A stretch of 50,350 bases of DNA. Source: Butyrivibrio sp. (lineage in GTDB: Bacteria > Bacillota > Clostridia > Lachnospirales > Lachnospiraceae). Below the pieces are notes generated by a model. That model was not told where the DNA came from, did no database searches, and saw nothing but the letters and a program-made list of their open reading frames with translations. The position numbers were made by a program, and so were the translations under genes. Location of the stretch: positions 1-50,350 of the forward strand of contig JAZQKW010000057.1 in NCBI GenBank assembly GCA_045542375.1. Reading direction: 5' to 3'. Shown piece after piece: positions 28,451-39,200 of the stretch (position 1 is its first letter; the number at the start of each line of letters is the position of its first letter).

Positions 28451-29353
28451 ATGAAGAATAACAGGAATAAAAAGGATAAGAAGGTTAATAAAGTCAAGAG
28501 ACCTTTAAGAACAAGGTTTGACTGGATTAACCGTTTCAGACACTGGTATCTTGGTGGCGTGTCAGTTAAGCACAGCGTGTTCAGGGTAAAAGGAGCACTA
28601 CAGACCTTGTTGGTATTGCTTATAATAATTTCCATTGGATATGCAATGGCGGCATTTTATACCAAGTCAGGTGAATTTGTAATCAGTATTGATAAAGGAA
28701 TGGCGACAGATGGCTTTGTGTTATCAGAGACTACTGATTTTTCGGAAAAACTCATAACACTTAATGGTGATGTTGTAGTAGGTGCTACCAACATAAGTAT
28801 ATACGATATACAGAGAGATGTTATGAATGTGGATGGTAAGCATAACGGAATTAATTATCTGGCATATACCTTCTATCTTAAGAATGAGACGGGAGAGGTC
28901 AGGGATTATCAGTATCAGCTTCACTTGAAACGGGCGACTAAGGGTACTGAGTATGCGTCATGGATTATGCTATACCATAACAATGTACAGAATATATACG
29001 CAATGCCGAATAAGGATGGCAATCCTGAACGAATATTTTCGGGAAGCCCATTTCCATTTATGGAATATGCCGGTGAACTTGTAAAAGAGACGAAATTAAC
29101 TAAGGACAATCCGGGATACATGTCACAGGACAGACTTGATTATTTTGGAATAGAAAGCGCCGAAGGTATGTATCAGTTGGAAGCAGTACCGTTTCTGTCA
29201 TCAGATGTAGTGTGTGCGGGAACGAGGAAAGGCATTAAGGACGAAGAATACGATAAATTTACAGTAGTAATATGGATGGAAGGAGAAGATCCTGAGTGTG
29301 TTGATGACATTATAGGTGGAAATCTTGAATTTTCAATGTCGTTTTCATATTAA
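28451..29353 (+). CDS. Secreted/membrane-tethered subunit 1 (TasA/pilin-like)
   Basis: Long basic N-terminus plus one hydrophobic helix ending AMAA-FY; C-terminal TVVIWMEGEDPEC motif shared with the next gene. Confidence 0.6.
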   Translation: MKNNRNKKDKKVNKVKRPLRTRFDWINRFRHWYLGGVSVKHSVFRVKGALQTLLVLLIIISIGYAMAAFYTKSGEFVISIDKGMATDGFVLSETTDFSEKLITLNGDVVVGATNISIYDIQRDVMNVDGKHNGINYLAYTFYLKNETGEVRDYQYQLHLKRATKGTEYASWIMLYHNNVQNIYAMPNKDGNPERIFSGSPFPFMEYAGELVKETKLTKDNPGYMSQDRLDYFGIESAEGMYQLEAVPFLSSDVVCAGTRKGIKDEEYDKFTVVIWMEGEDPECVDDIIGGNLEFSMSFSY

Positions 29354-29370
29354 CCAGGGGGTAAACGAAG

Positions 29371-30240
29371 ATGAATAACAGAATTAAAGAAAGAATTAAA
29401 GAACTTAATAAAAAACAGAAACACAGACTGAAATATGCGGTGTTAATGAGTCTTGTGTGCATCGTTCTTTTGTCGGGAGCTACATTTGCATGGTTTACAA
29501 TTTCCAATTCAGCAAAGGTAAGACAGATGGCACTGTCGGTAGCATCAGAAGGAAGATTGTACATAGCTTCATCCAGAGAAAAACTGGCAGATAAGAGTAA
29601 CGAAACAGTATTTGCAAATAACATTAACAAGGTGTTATATCCTTGTACAACAACTGACGGAGCAACATTTCATAAGCCTGTGTATGCAAGTAATAATTCA
29701 GTTACAGGTTCGGCTGTCATAGATAATGAGGATTTAAAATATTACTGCTATGAGACAACTATATGGTTGCTTGTTGAGGAGATTCTTGCAGAGGATATGC
29801 CGGTAGGTGATTATGATATTACACTTAGTAAGTTCAACGGAGCGGATGGATGTCACATAACCAATGAAGGAACAGCGCATCCTGAATATTGCCTGAGAAT
29901 GAGTTTCGAGACAGAATCTGGCGGAGTAGTAGTATACGAACCTAATTTTGATGGAAAAAACATTGGAACCCAGGGCGTTGATTATGCATTTAATACACTT
30001 CCGGGACTTGGAGCTAACGTTCCGTTACATAGACAGAGTATGGCAGGAACCTTTATATCAAGCACAGGAACCTCATATTATGAAGGTGATTCATCACCAC
30101 TCTTTACTGTTAAAGCCAATGTACCAACCAAGGTAACAGTAAGAATGTGGTTTGAAGGAACTGACACTGACTGTATGAATAGCATTCAGTCATCAGATTT
30201 ATCAGGACAGTTAAAATTTATATCTCATAAAAAGGGATGA
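29371..30240 (+). CDS. Secreted subunit 2 with SipW-type signal peptide
   Basis: Basic N-region, hydrophobic helix, GATFA-WFT typical of SipW-processed TasA/CalY-type proteins; C-terminal TVRMWFEGTDTDC. Confidence 0.7.
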   Translation: MNNRIKERIKELNKKQKHRLKYAVLMSLVCIVLLSGATFAWFTISNSAKVRQMALSVASEGRLYIASSREKLADKSNETVFANNINKVLYPCTTTDGATFHKPVYASNNSVTGSAVIDNEDLKYYCYETTIWLLVEEILAEDMPVGDYDITLSKFNGADGCHITNEGTAHPEYCLRMSFETESGGVVVYEPNFDGKNIGTQGVDYAFNTLPGLGANVPLHRQSMAGTFISSTGTSYYEGDSSPLFTVKANVPTKVTVRMWFEGTDTDCMNSIQSSDLSGQLKFISHKKG

Positions 30241-30273
30241 GACAATAGGTAAGGAAAGGATACGTAGGATAAT

Positions 30274-31923
30274 ATGGACGCATTTTTTTACTATTTTTAC
30301 AATATGATGAGACATATATTCGGATTACTCTGGGATATTGTTATCGCGATTAAAGATGCCATTGTTGGTATTTTTAACATAAAATATTATATCGATTTAT
30401 TTAAGACATATAAGGGTGATTTAAGTCCTCTTGGATGGGTTGCGGCAATAGTATTACATATTGTGGTTATTGCTATTTTTGTACTTATTGTATATCTTCT
30501 GTATCGCCTTTTGAAGCTTATATTCCGCTTTAAAGTGCCGGTTGTGAAGTATGAGAAGTTAAAAGACGAAGTTGTGGAATTAAAGAGAGAAGTTATGAAG
30601 GCGAATTATGAAAAAGATAAGCTTCTCGCAATGAGAATTTCAGAACTTGGAATAGAAGTGACGCCGGAACTTTTGCAGTCAGATCTGGATAAACAGTTCG
30701 AGGCGGAAGAAGAGAAAATTGTTAAAGAAGCAGAAGAAGCTGCAGTTACTCAGGAAAATGAAAATATAATTATCGCACCGGGAAAGAGCATCGAAGAACT
30801 CAGGAAAGAATGGATATTCAATTATGACGGTGAAAGAAGATTCCCTAGACTTAACGGCGTTGACCGTGTGTATATGGCACCGGATTACGAGAAGCCTGTA
30901 TATAGAACAGACTATAATCTTGAGGAACTGTGTATAGAATTCCGTAACTTTGCAGCAGGAAGACTTGGACTTTATTATGAGCTTGAAGTTGTTAAGCAGG
31001 TGTTTGCATCATTTGGTGCGGCTAAGATGCTTATTTTACAGGGTATTTCAGGTACTGGTAAGACATCCCTTCCTTATGCACTTGGACGATTTATTAAGAA
31101 TCCGAGTCTTATCTGTGCAGTACAGCCATCATGGCGTGACAGAACTGAGTTATTCGGATACTACAATGACTTTACCAAGAAATATACTGAAACAGAATTT
31201 TTGAAAACAATGTATGAAGGTCATTATCAGGATGACATCAGATTCATTATTCTTGACGAAATGAATATTGCCCGAGTTGAGTACTACTTTGCGGAAATGC
31301 TTTCACTTCTGGAACTTCCAAGAGATGAAGAAAGATATGTTCCTGTTGTATCTAACCAGGCTGAGGGTGACCCATACAAGATGATTGATGGTAAAGTATG
31401 GATTCCTAATAATGTATTTTATGTTGGAACAATCAATAACGATGACTCAACATTCGCAGTTGCAGATAAGGTATACGATAGAGCGATTCCGATTGATCTT
31501 GATGACAAGGCTGATCCGTTTGAAACTCCTGATACACCTCCAATGCGTGTAAGCTATGAACATTTAAGCAAGCTTTATGCAGAGGCTAAGGCAGAACATC
31601 CACTTTCAGCAGAGATGCTTGTGGAGCTTGATAAGCTTGATTCATATCTTATTAAGCACTTCAGACTTACATTTGGTAACCGTATCTTAAGACAGATTAA
31701 GGATTTTGTTCCTTGTTATATTGCCTGCGGCGGTACTGAAATCGATGGTGTAGACTTTATGTTTGCCAAGAAGATTCTGAGAAAATTCGAGTCTCTGGGC
31801 CTTGGTTTCATCAGAGATGAAATAGATGGACTTATTATGTATCTTGAGAAGACATTTGGACAGGATGAATTTAAGATAAGCAAGAATTATCTGTACAGAC
31901 TTAAGAAAATGAGCGGAAATTAA
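30274..31923 (+). CDS. Membrane-anchored McrB-like AAA+ NTPase
   Basis: Walker A GISGTGKT, VQPSWRDRTELFGYYN, Walker B IILDEMNIARVEYYFA, signature GTINNDDST and KVYDRA; N-terminal hydrophobic helices followed by coiled coil. Confidence 0.85.
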   Translation: MDAFFYYFYNMMRHIFGLLWDIVIAIKDAIVGIFNIKYYIDLFKTYKGDLSPLGWVAAIVLHIVVIAIFVLIVYLLYRLLKLIFRFKVPVVKYEKLKDEVVELKREVMKANYEKDKLLAMRISELGIEVTPELLQSDLDKQFEAEEEKIVKEAEEAAVTQENENIIIAPGKSIEELRKEWIFNYDGERRFPRLNGVDRVYMAPDYEKPVYRTDYNLEELCIEFRNFAAGRLGLYYELEVVKQVFASFGAAKMLILQGISGTGKTSLPYALGRFIKNPSLICAVQPSWRDRTELFGYYNDFTKKYTETEFLKTMYEGHYQDDIRFIILDEMNIARVEYYFAEMLSLLELPRDEERYVPVVSNQAEGDPYKMIDGKVWIPNNVFYVGTINNDDSTFAVADKVYDRAIPIDLDDKADPFETPDTPPMRVSYEHLSKLYAEAKAEHPLSAEMLVELDKLDSYLIKHFRLTFGNRILRQIKDFVPCYIACGGTEIDGVDFMFAKKILRKFESLGLGFIRDEIDGLIMYLEKTFGQDEFKISKNYLYRLKKMSGN

Positions 31924-31935
31924 TAGGAGATTCAT

Positions 31936-33090
31936 ATGGTATATGATGAATATTCAGATGATATAAAAAATACATACGCGAAGATGACTGAAGACCGTGA
32001 ACGTATTGCAGATGATAAATTTTATAAATATTTTTACAATCTGCTGGAAACCGGTTCTAATTACTGCGATTTTTCTTTTGCCAGACTGGTAAAATCAGTG
32101 GATGAGAAATGGGTAAAAGAAATAGAGAAGGCGCTTCCATCTCTGCAGACTGTTGTACTTAATCCAAGAAAGTTTATTGAAGAAGAGCGAGAGGTAGTTA
32201 ATATTGCTATTGCACGTAATATTTCAACAGAATCGGTAAGACATCTTCTTGCACACAGTAACTTCATTGATGAGTATAATGAAGAAGAGGGAACGGTAGT
32301 TCCTAACAGAATTCTTAATGTGTACAAGGAAGAGAGTCTTAATACATATGAGAACCGATTTATATGTACACTTGTGGCAGAGCTACAGTTTTTTGTAAAT
32401 AAGAGATTTGATGCTATTTTTCAGGCAACCAAGGATGAACTTGGAGCTTATCTTGAGCTTAACTCTATTATTGACAATTACACTGAGACGGTTGAATACA
32501 AGCTTCAGGTTAAGATAAGAGATAAGCAGACTGATAAGGTCAATGAGGATGATAAGGATGATATTTTCGCAAGAATAATTAAGATTCACAGAGTGGTTAA
32601 CAGTATTGTTTCAAGTGAATTTATCGCAACAATGAGAAAGTTCCCGGGAGTTAAGCATCCGATTGTTAAGACTAATGCCATTGCCAAGAACAGGGACTAT
32701 AAGGCATGTCATACATTATGGAATTTTATTCATTCGTATTCAAAGGTTGGCGTTAGTGTGGACCTTTTGAGACAGGACCCTACCATTTCAAGAAAATTTG
32801 AAAAGGACCTGTACGATTCGGTTATATGGAATTATGCAATGCTACATAACTATCTCCAGGATGTTGACGCACTTAACATTGACCGTCCGGCACTTACAAA
32901 GGATATGAGTACGGACTATATAAGGCAGGTTCTTGAAGAGATTATTCAGGGAATGTCGTCAATGCCTGATGCAACGCTGAGAAAACTTATTCAGAATGAA
33001 ATGGTTGCAATTCAGACGAGACGTAAGATGGAGCGAAGAAAAGCAGAAAAAACTCTTAAGAAAAAGAAAAAAGCATCTAAGAGTAAATGA
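31936..33090 (+). CDS. DUF2357/McrC-like partner, apparently without nuclease domain
   Basis: PRKFI..E.EVV....AR.I...SVRHL..H, P.RIL....EES.NTYENRF, N.DYK motifs; C-terminus helical and Lys-rich, no PD-(D/E)xK recognised. Confidence 0.75.
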   Translation: MVYDEYSDDIKNTYAKMTEDRERIADDKFYKYFYNLLETGSNYCDFSFARLVKSVDEKWVKEIEKALPSLQTVVLNPRKFIEEEREVVNIAIARNISTESVRHLLAHSNFIDEYNEEEGTVVPNRILNVYKEESLNTYENRFICTLVAELQFFVNKRFDAIFQATKDELGAYLELNSIIDNYTETVEYKLQVKIRDKQTDKVNEDDKDDIFARIIKIHRVVNSIVSSEFIATMRKFPGVKHPIVKTNAIAKNRDYKACHTLWNFIHSYSKVGVSVDLLRQDPTISRKFEKDLYDSVIWNYAMLHNYLQDVDALNIDRPALTKDMSTDYIRQVLEEIIQGMSSMPDATLRKLIQNEMVAIQTRRKMERRKAEKTLKKKKKASKSK

Positions 33091-33099
33091 GGCTGACAC

Positions 33100-33696
33100 A
33101 TGAAGAAAAAACTGGTTTTTATAATTGAAACCATATTTACTATTATTATAGTTGGTCTGTGCGTGTTAATATTTGCAATGTCTAAGGGATTTCATCCAAG
33201 CATTGCAGGCTACGAGGTGTTAAGAGTAATAACCCCAAGTATGGAGCCGGAGTTACCTCTGGATACCCTTATCCTGATTAAAGATGTGGATAAGGATGAC
33301 CTGAAAGAAGGGGACATAATAACCTTTATTTCTGATGACCCGTCAGTTAAAGGTTTTTATGTAACACACAGAATATATAAAATCACAGAATCAACGCTTA
33401 CGGGTGAGACCATATACGTTACTAAGGGTGATGCCAATGTAACAGAAGATTTGTATACAGTAAAATACGAAGATATTGCGGGAAGATTTGTTAGAATTAT
33501 TCCCGGAGGCAATACAATAGGTAAATGGATTGCATCTCTTGAGAATAACGGATTATATTTTTTGATTATTCTTTTACCTATACTGTTAGTGTTAATAACC
33601 TATATATGGCAGGTTATGTCAATAATATTACTAAACAAGGATGATGACACAGATAATGAAGAAGAAACTGAGCAGGGAGACAGTACTGAAAATTGA
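33100..33696 (+). CDS. sipW: Signal peptidase I, ER/archaeal type (S26B, SipW-like)
   Basis: SMEP (Ser), GDIITF, VTHRI (His), TKGDAN; N- and C-terminal TM helices. Confidence 0.88.
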   Translation: MKKKLVFIIETIFTIIIVGLCVLIFAMSKGFHPSIAGYEVLRVITPSMEPELPLDTLILIKDVDKDDLKEGDIITFISDDPSVKGFYVTHRIYKITESTLTGETIYVTKGDANVTEDLYTVKYEDIAGRFVRIIPGGNTIGKWIASLENNGLYFLIILLPILLVLITYIWQVMSIILLNKDDDTDNEEETEQGDSTEN

Positions 33697-34402
33697 ATTA
33701 TTGCTTGTGCTTGTTGTTACGGTTATTGCCGTTACTATTGCTTGGTTTGTGCTTTTTAATCAGGCAAAGGCATCGGGAGTATCGCTGAAATCATCTACAG
33801 CCGAGCACATCAGGGTTGCACTTGTACCGGGAGGAGAGGATGTTCTTGAACTTTCGGGAGACGAAGCTTTAATAAATATCAATATGCCGGAATTTTACAA
33901 TATGGATGCCGACATGATGGCACCGGGTGTGTATGGTCACTTTGATTTGTATATAACTGCATTAAGTCCGGTAGCAACAGAATGTACCATTGGCCTGAAT
34001 CATATATCTGAATACATTGAGGAGGTTATGGTTGATGAGGCAACAGTGGCAGAGCTTGATAAATTAGTTGCCGGACACATACAGTTCTATACAACTTATG
34101 AAAATGATATTTATAGTGGGGTAATTAAGCCGGGAACTCATATTAATGTACCACTTTCTTATAATGAGGAGAAGAAAGTAACCATCTATTGGAGATGGTT
34201 CTATGAATATACAGATATTCCGGCGGAAGGAAGAACACTTAACGGAGAATTTTATTTTGACCCGAATAATTTCACACCGGGTTCCGGATATTCAGAAGAT
34301 GACTATGTTCTGTTATATGATTATGCGGATACCAAAATAGGATTAGGTGTTAAGAAAATAGCTTTCCGTATGGATATAGACACTATTATTAACGGTGATT
34401 GA
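33656..34402 (+). CDS. Secreted subunit 3 with SipW-type signal peptide
   Basis: VTIA-WF; MAPG and VTIYWRWFYE patterns reminiscent of TasA/camelysin-like subunits; overlaps sipW end (start 33641 or 33656). Confidence 0.65.
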   Translation: MKKKLSRETVLKIELLLVLVVTVIAVTIAWFVLFNQAKASGVSLKSSTAEHIRVALVPGGEDVLELSGDEALININMPEFYNMDADMMAPGVYGHFDLYITALSPVATECTIGLNHISEYIEEVMVDEATVAELDKLVAGHIQFYTTYENDIYSGVIKPGTHINVPLSYNEEKKVTIYWRWFYEYTDIPAEGRTLNGEFYFDPNNFTPGSGYSEDDYVLLYDYADTKIGLGVKKIAFRMDIDTIINGD

Positions 34403-34404
34403 TT

Positions 34405-35133
34405 ATGAAGAAAAGAATTAAACATAAGGTTCTTATTATCAATATTTTGCTTGTGGTTATAATGGCACTTATGGTAACAGGCGCATGGTATGTAATTAAT
34501 TCCGGAAGAGAAGTTAAAAGTGAGAAAACGGATGTAAAGACTCCATATTTTCTGTATCTTCTTAATCCGGATGATGAAAAGTCTTTAAGTGTATCCATTG
34601 GTAATATCCATCCGGGCGAAGTGAAACAGATAGTAATAGCCGTCAGCAGTAAAAATGAAGATGTGGACCTTTCCTTTGACATTGCAAAGGAGAGTGATTT
34701 TGAATATCAGTTAGAGCTTGCATATACGGAAAATCTTCCTATAGATTACAGAGTGTATGAACTTGAGAAGAATGATGCAGGTGATGTAACAGTTGATGAT
34801 AATTATGGTAACAGTATTATGAAGTTTTCTAAGATATCCAATATACCATTATCATCAGTTGATGTATCTGAAGCAAGATGGGAAGATATGTATGGAGCTG
34901 ACAGAGAAGGAATAGTTAATTTGGGAAGATATGAGCTCTTTGAAAAAGGAAGTAACGGTAACCCAATGCAGCTTGTTACTTTTGTGGAAAATAACGGAAC
35001 TATACGATATGACATGGATTATTATCTTGTAGAGATTGTATGGGATAGCGATGATTTTGCGTCATTTTCCAAGGAAACAGATCTTGTATATATAATTGTC
35101 AAGGCATTACAGCTTAGACCTACAGAAAAATAA
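34405..35133 (+). CDS. Secreted subunit 4 with SipW-type signal peptide
   Basis: VTGA-WY; GNIHPGE motif similar to TasA-family N(L/I)xPG(D/E); GGTGA RBS before ATG 34405. Confidence 0.65.
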   Translation: MKKRIKHKVLIINILLVVIMALMVTGAWYVINSGREVKSEKTDVKTPYFLYLLNPDDEKSLSVSIGNIHPGEVKQIVIAVSSKNEDVDLSFDIAKESDFEYQLELAYTENLPIDYRVYELEKNDAGDVTVDDNYGNSIMKFSKISNIPLSSVDVSEARWEDMYGADREGIVNLGRYELFEKGSNGNPMQLVTFVENNGTIRYDMDYYLVEIVWDSDDFASFSKETDLVYIIVKALQLRPTEK

Positions 35134-35150
35134 TTATTAAAGGAACATAT

Positions 35151-36221
35151 ATGAAGGACTTAGTTAAACGTAAAAAAAGATCAGAAAGAATAAAAGTTAA
35201 TAAAGTAGCCATTGTTCTTACAATGGCCGCTTTTTGCGTGCTAGTAACATCAATTGTAATAGCAAAATATTATTCTCAGGAGAGCAGAAAGTCCGTTACA
35301 ACTGCATCAGGTCTTTATTTTACAAGTAATTGTCTGAGCAAGGTAAGTGATGTAAGTGATATTACTGCTTTTCCGGCATATGTTGCATCCAATGGATGGA
35401 ATGGATCCGGAGCGGCTGTTTTACCTATTCACGTATATAATTACGATAACATTCTTTTATATAATGATAAGAACCTTAATATAACCTACGACATACATTT
35501 TTGCCTGTTAGATAACGATTCAGAAGCTGTATATTCTGTGGAATATCAGGATGATAATGGTGCAACTGTTTCAGAGACACTTACCTATAATACACCATTT
35601 GTTATAAAGGACAGCTATCTTGAGGGTGGAAGTGCCAAGGGCAATACAACAACCCTTAAAATAACACCTACGGTGCAGATTGACACGGATACATATATGT
35701 CAGGCAGGGTTGCAGTATGGGCGGTGCCTACATATCCGGATTATGTTGCCAATACTCAGAGACTTGCAGCTGCAATACAGCTGAGACCGGTAAGAGGCGA
35801 ATTCTCTTATATGGCAGGCTTTACAATCAGAGAAGATTTAATAACACCGGATGATGATGTGGAAATTGAGAATGCACAGGCACTTGATGCCGCAGATAGG
35901 GAGTTGCTTAACAAGAATGCCGGTTTTGTATACAATATCAAAACAATGGGAGAAACTAAGGGTGTAAGTTATACTTTTGAATTATCATGGAGAAATGATA
36001 TTTACGAGATAGACCAGTATAACAAGTATTATCTGGCCGCAAAGAATAATAATCTTATTACAACTAATGGAAATATTACAACTCTTACCATGGATGCAAT
36101 ATCCTACGCATCAATGGATATATGTTTTTACAAGACAGAGCTCTTTGATGCAGATGTATACAATCTGTACGGAGATTTTAATGATACAGTGCGCTTAAAT
36201 GTTATTGCGCACACTAACTAG
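35151..36221 (+). CDS. Secreted subunit 5 with SipW-type (AKY) signal peptide
   Basis: Basic N-region, hydrophobic helix, VIA-KYY, YFTSN; beta-rich mature region. Confidence 0.6.
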   Translation: MKDLVKRKKRSERIKVNKVAIVLTMAAFCVLVTSIVIAKYYSQESRKSVTTASGLYFTSNCLSKVSDVSDITAFPAYVASNGWNGSGAAVLPIHVYNYDNILLYNDKNLNITYDIHFCLLDNDSEAVYSVEYQDDNGATVSETLTYNTPFVIKDSYLEGGSAKGNTTTLKITPTVQIDTDTYMSGRVAVWAVPTYPDYVANTQRLAAAIQLRPVRGEFSYMAGFTIREDLITPDDDVEIENAQALDAADRELLNKNAGFVYNIKTMGETKGVSYTFELSWRNDIYEIDQYNKYYLAAKNNNLITTNGNITTLTMDAISYASMDICFYKTELFDADVYNLYGDFNDTVRLNVIAHTN

Positions 36222-36239
36222 AATCTGGAGGAACAGGTA

Positions 36240-39200
36240 ATGAAAAGGAAAAGAATATTAAAGCCGGTGGCAATGCTGCTGGTGGTGATAATGATTTTTT
36301 CGTTAGCACCTGATATGTTCATGAATATAGCAAAATATTTCAGAACCACGCAAATATCGGGTAGTACCATAAATACTGATGATATAAAGGAACTTGTTAC
36401 AGATAATGATGATGCAACAGGTAATTTAGCTGTGCCTGAATTAAATCCTGAGTTGTCAATTAAGGATGATGTGATTCTTGGTGCACCGATTACAGTATTC
36501 GGAAGTGCATCATTCCCTGCAACAATCGGAGAGCTTGAAGCACTTGGCACCAAAACCTTCTATATCAGAACATATATGGATTGGCTTAATATACAGGAAC
36601 TCAGCACACAGAGCTCTCTTGAAGGATATACATTCGTAATTAACAATAATAATACTCCGGGAGTTCCGGACTCTTCTACGTACGAGTTGGCTTCCCTTAC
36701 ACAGTTTACAGGAATTGGAACGGAAGAATTTCCATTTAAGGGAACATTAAGATGTTCAAGTACTAACGGAATTAACTATACAATTGCGCGTCCTATTTTT
36801 GCTTATCTTGGTGGTGGCGCAACTGTAAGAAATATTCATGTGGTATGTACCGGTTCATGCAGTGCAGGTCTTGCAGCTGTGCTTACCGGTGGAGGAGAGC
36901 TTAAGCTTGAGAATATATTTGTCAGCGGAACAATTAATACTAATAATTGTGCCGGTGGCCTTTTTGGCGAGATTATCAATACAGAAGCAACCCCATTAAC
37001 ATTCTCTGTTACAAGAGAAATGGGTGCCAGCCAGAATGGTGTGGCTCTTGGCGTTACTAAGACTGATACAGCTGGTAAGACTAAGCTTACAATATCAGGT
37101 AAATATGCAGGAAATATTGCAGGTAAAATAACAGGAAATGTACTGATTAAGTATGATGGCTCTGTAATTGATATTAAAAACACTACTATTACAGGTAAGG
37201 TTGCAGATGGTGCAAAGGGTTGGATTGCAGGATACATGGTTGGCGATGGCAATGTAAGACCTGAAATTACTTTTATTTCAGATACATCACTCTATCCACT
37301 TATTAATGGTAATGGAGCTAGTGGCGGTCTTGTAGGAAAATGCGAAAATGCAGTTATCGGCACGGGAGACTATAAAGTAACTGTTGAAAGCTCTAAGGTT
37401 GACGGAAGTGGTAACAGAGGAGCAACTAATCATAGTGATATATATGGTCCTGTTGGAAATATTACAGAAGGAACAGGCGGAATTGTAGGTTCATTTATTA
37501 ATTCAGAAGTTAAGGATAATAGTACATTTTATGTACAGAATATAATGCTTCAGACTAATAATGGTGCTTATGGAGCAGGCGGTATATTTGGTTATGTATA
37601 CAACTCAGATTTAGGAAGCTTTGCATCAGATGATGAAGGATATTTTGTAGGTAATGTTGCAGTAGGATACAATTCATATGCTTCTAAAAATGCAGGCGGA
37701 ATAATAGGTATCTACATTAATGAAACCGGTGAATTAATAAAGTTAGACCATTTTAATGTGTGGAACACATTTATACAGGGTATGAGTGGTACAGCCGGTG
37801 GAGTAATCGGATACATGAATCTTGTCAATGGTACGGATTGTGAATTAAGTGACTGGTATGTTGCCGGAACAACAGCGACTAACAATGGTGGCAGTGACGG
37901 AATGGGATATTTTGCGGGATATATACTTTCTGATGAAGATGAGGAAAGTGTGGTTACTGTTAAAGGCGCTAATATTAGTCAGCAGAGAGATGATGATTTT
38001 GGTACATACAGAAGCATATATGTGGGTGCGACTTATCGTTTGTGGGGAAGCGTATCAAGCGGTGCCATTGCAGGTAAAATGAGCAATACCAACCTTATTG
38101 CTGAGGATATTATCATTAATTCTCTTCAGGTGGAGTCTGCTAATAATACAGGTGGACTTGTTGGTCACTTTGTATCGGGAAATAATAAAAAATACATATA
38201 TGTTAATAATTTTGCCATGAAGGGTACATATAAATCTAATGGCGGTGCAGGGGTTAACTATGGTTATTCTGCAGTTGTAGGTAATCTTGATACTAATTCA
38301 ATACTGGCACTTGACGGTGTTATTGACTTGTCAGAAATGAAATGGGACGGTGGAGGATTTACTTATGCCGGACAGATAGTTGGAAGACAGGACAGTGCAC
38401 TGGTATTTCTTAATCATAGTGGTGAAATTAAACCATACGGAAATACAGGTAATTATGTAGATATTGATATGGTTGGAAATTATGGGGATGTATATGTTAA
38501 TGGTAAGTGGGACGGAGTTAACGGAGAATATATTTTTAATATAAAGACAGCGGATGCGATTAATGGAACGGTTGAAAAGATTGGTGATGTGTATAATCTT
38601 AAGACTGTCGGTGATATGTTAAGACTTGCAATTATGTGGAATTCATATGGTGCCTTTGCATCAGAATGCTTTGAAGATACATATTCTGATATGTTTAAGA
38701 TGGAATACCACCTAATCTCAGAGGAATATGACTTAAGCGGTACAGGTTTCACATGCTTCCAGAGAAATGATGAATCTAATGTAAGCAATATTTTTTCAGG
38801 CAAATTTATTGGAACTGCATCTGGTAAAAGTAAGATAAAATACAATGTCAGCAGATACAGACAGCCGGCTATGGGACTGTTCAGAATGGTTGGTAATACT
38901 GATACTTCTGTAACAGAATTCAAGAATATTGCCATTGACGCTGAGCTTATGCAGGATTCTACTTCTTATACCGGAGAGATTAAGAACGGAAGACATTACT
39001 ATGCTGTGATGGGCGGACTATCTGTTACTGCTCAGGGTAATATTATGGTAGAAAATGTGGACATTGATGTAGATATGTCAGGCTGCTACCACAATCATTA
39101 TACGGCTGCAGATAAAGGATATTACGGAGGTCTTTTTGGCAAGTACACATCTACTACTAATAGTGTACTTGACATTAAGGGATTGTATGCTACAGGACAT

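Noticed and set aside
30274-33090. Annotation as a functional McrBC restriction system (mcrB/mcrC)
   Set aside because: No DNA-recognition domain, no recognisable nuclease motif and no defence-island context, so gene symbols were withheld.
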